A stretch of 64,000 nucleotides of DNA, from NCBI GenBank assembly GCA_026770705.1, contig JANJGN010000034.1, positions 7,192,001-7,256,000 on the forward strand, given 5' to 3'. Below are positions 63,629 through 64,000 of the stretch, piece after piece (the stretch's first letter is position 1; every line of letters starts with the position of its first letter). The translations under genes were made by a program, and so were the position numbers. The stretch is from Isurus oxyrinchus (taxonomy: Eukaryota). The notes under the pieces were generated by a model. The model was not told where the DNA came from. It ran no database searches and saw only the letters and a list, made by a program, of their open reading frames with translations.

Positions 63629-64000
63629 TCTACTCTTCGATTTTTTGAAGGACACAATCATTAAATAATCTTCGCTGATATCAATAGCAATGCTGCTTAT
63701 AAGGAGAAGGTTTAAAAAAAAAACCTATAGGAGCCTGAAAGGCAATCTGATAGGTTCAGATTAATTAGGGTTTGATGGGACTCATGTTTCACCGAAAAAA
63801 GAACATTTACCTGAGAGACATACAGAGCTGTTTCCATCCTGTAAGCTTTAGGAAATTTTCACAGATGCCTATTTGAATGAACCCAATAACCTGCGTATAA
63901 TTCCATCTGGCATTGTCCACAGTTGTTCCATCAAAGCTTAATTCAATTGAATAACAGATGGGACAAGTAGCGGGCACCCCATCAATATCACCCGTTGGAC

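Overview
Eukaryotic, repeat-rich DNA, most likely from a cartilaginous fish (inferred from the repeat content: CR1 and L2/Crack-type LINEs, Deu-domain tRNA SINEs, Penelope elements and a two-gene PIF/Harbinger transposon). No ORF in the supplied track is an intact host gene. The main hidden feature, read directly from splice signals, is a + strand gene that spans the whole window and is built from at least 18 tiny phase-1/phase-1 exons of 15, 27 or 36 nt. Spliced together they give 513 nt and 171 codons with no stop, encoding a 21-residue-period coiled coil with a Cys at a fixed heptad position (EFGKKIGEL-EKGLK-DLSKCKESLKAF-EEKLKASEK-ELSDCQNGLKEL-EKVKN-DLKGCLEALNDT-EDKLKVKET-ELKKCQEALKGA-EEFLAEKDK-EFEQLEQKC-KKDTEKKDA-EIEKLNNKLLAF-EKLKK-ELSDCLEIAKGL-EEKQKAKAS-ELLKCQEALKEL-EDQLKGKEK). 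Its start and constitutive end were not found and I do not recognise the gene. The introns also hold short, often palindromic Penelope-derived insertions with target-site duplications (TSDs) and minimal hammerhead-ribozyme motifs (one young family has a core variant), a young tRNA-Thr-derived SINE, and a LINE whose 5' end is a DeuSINE head. Exon and TSD coordinates were counted by hand; boundaries of old elements are approximate.
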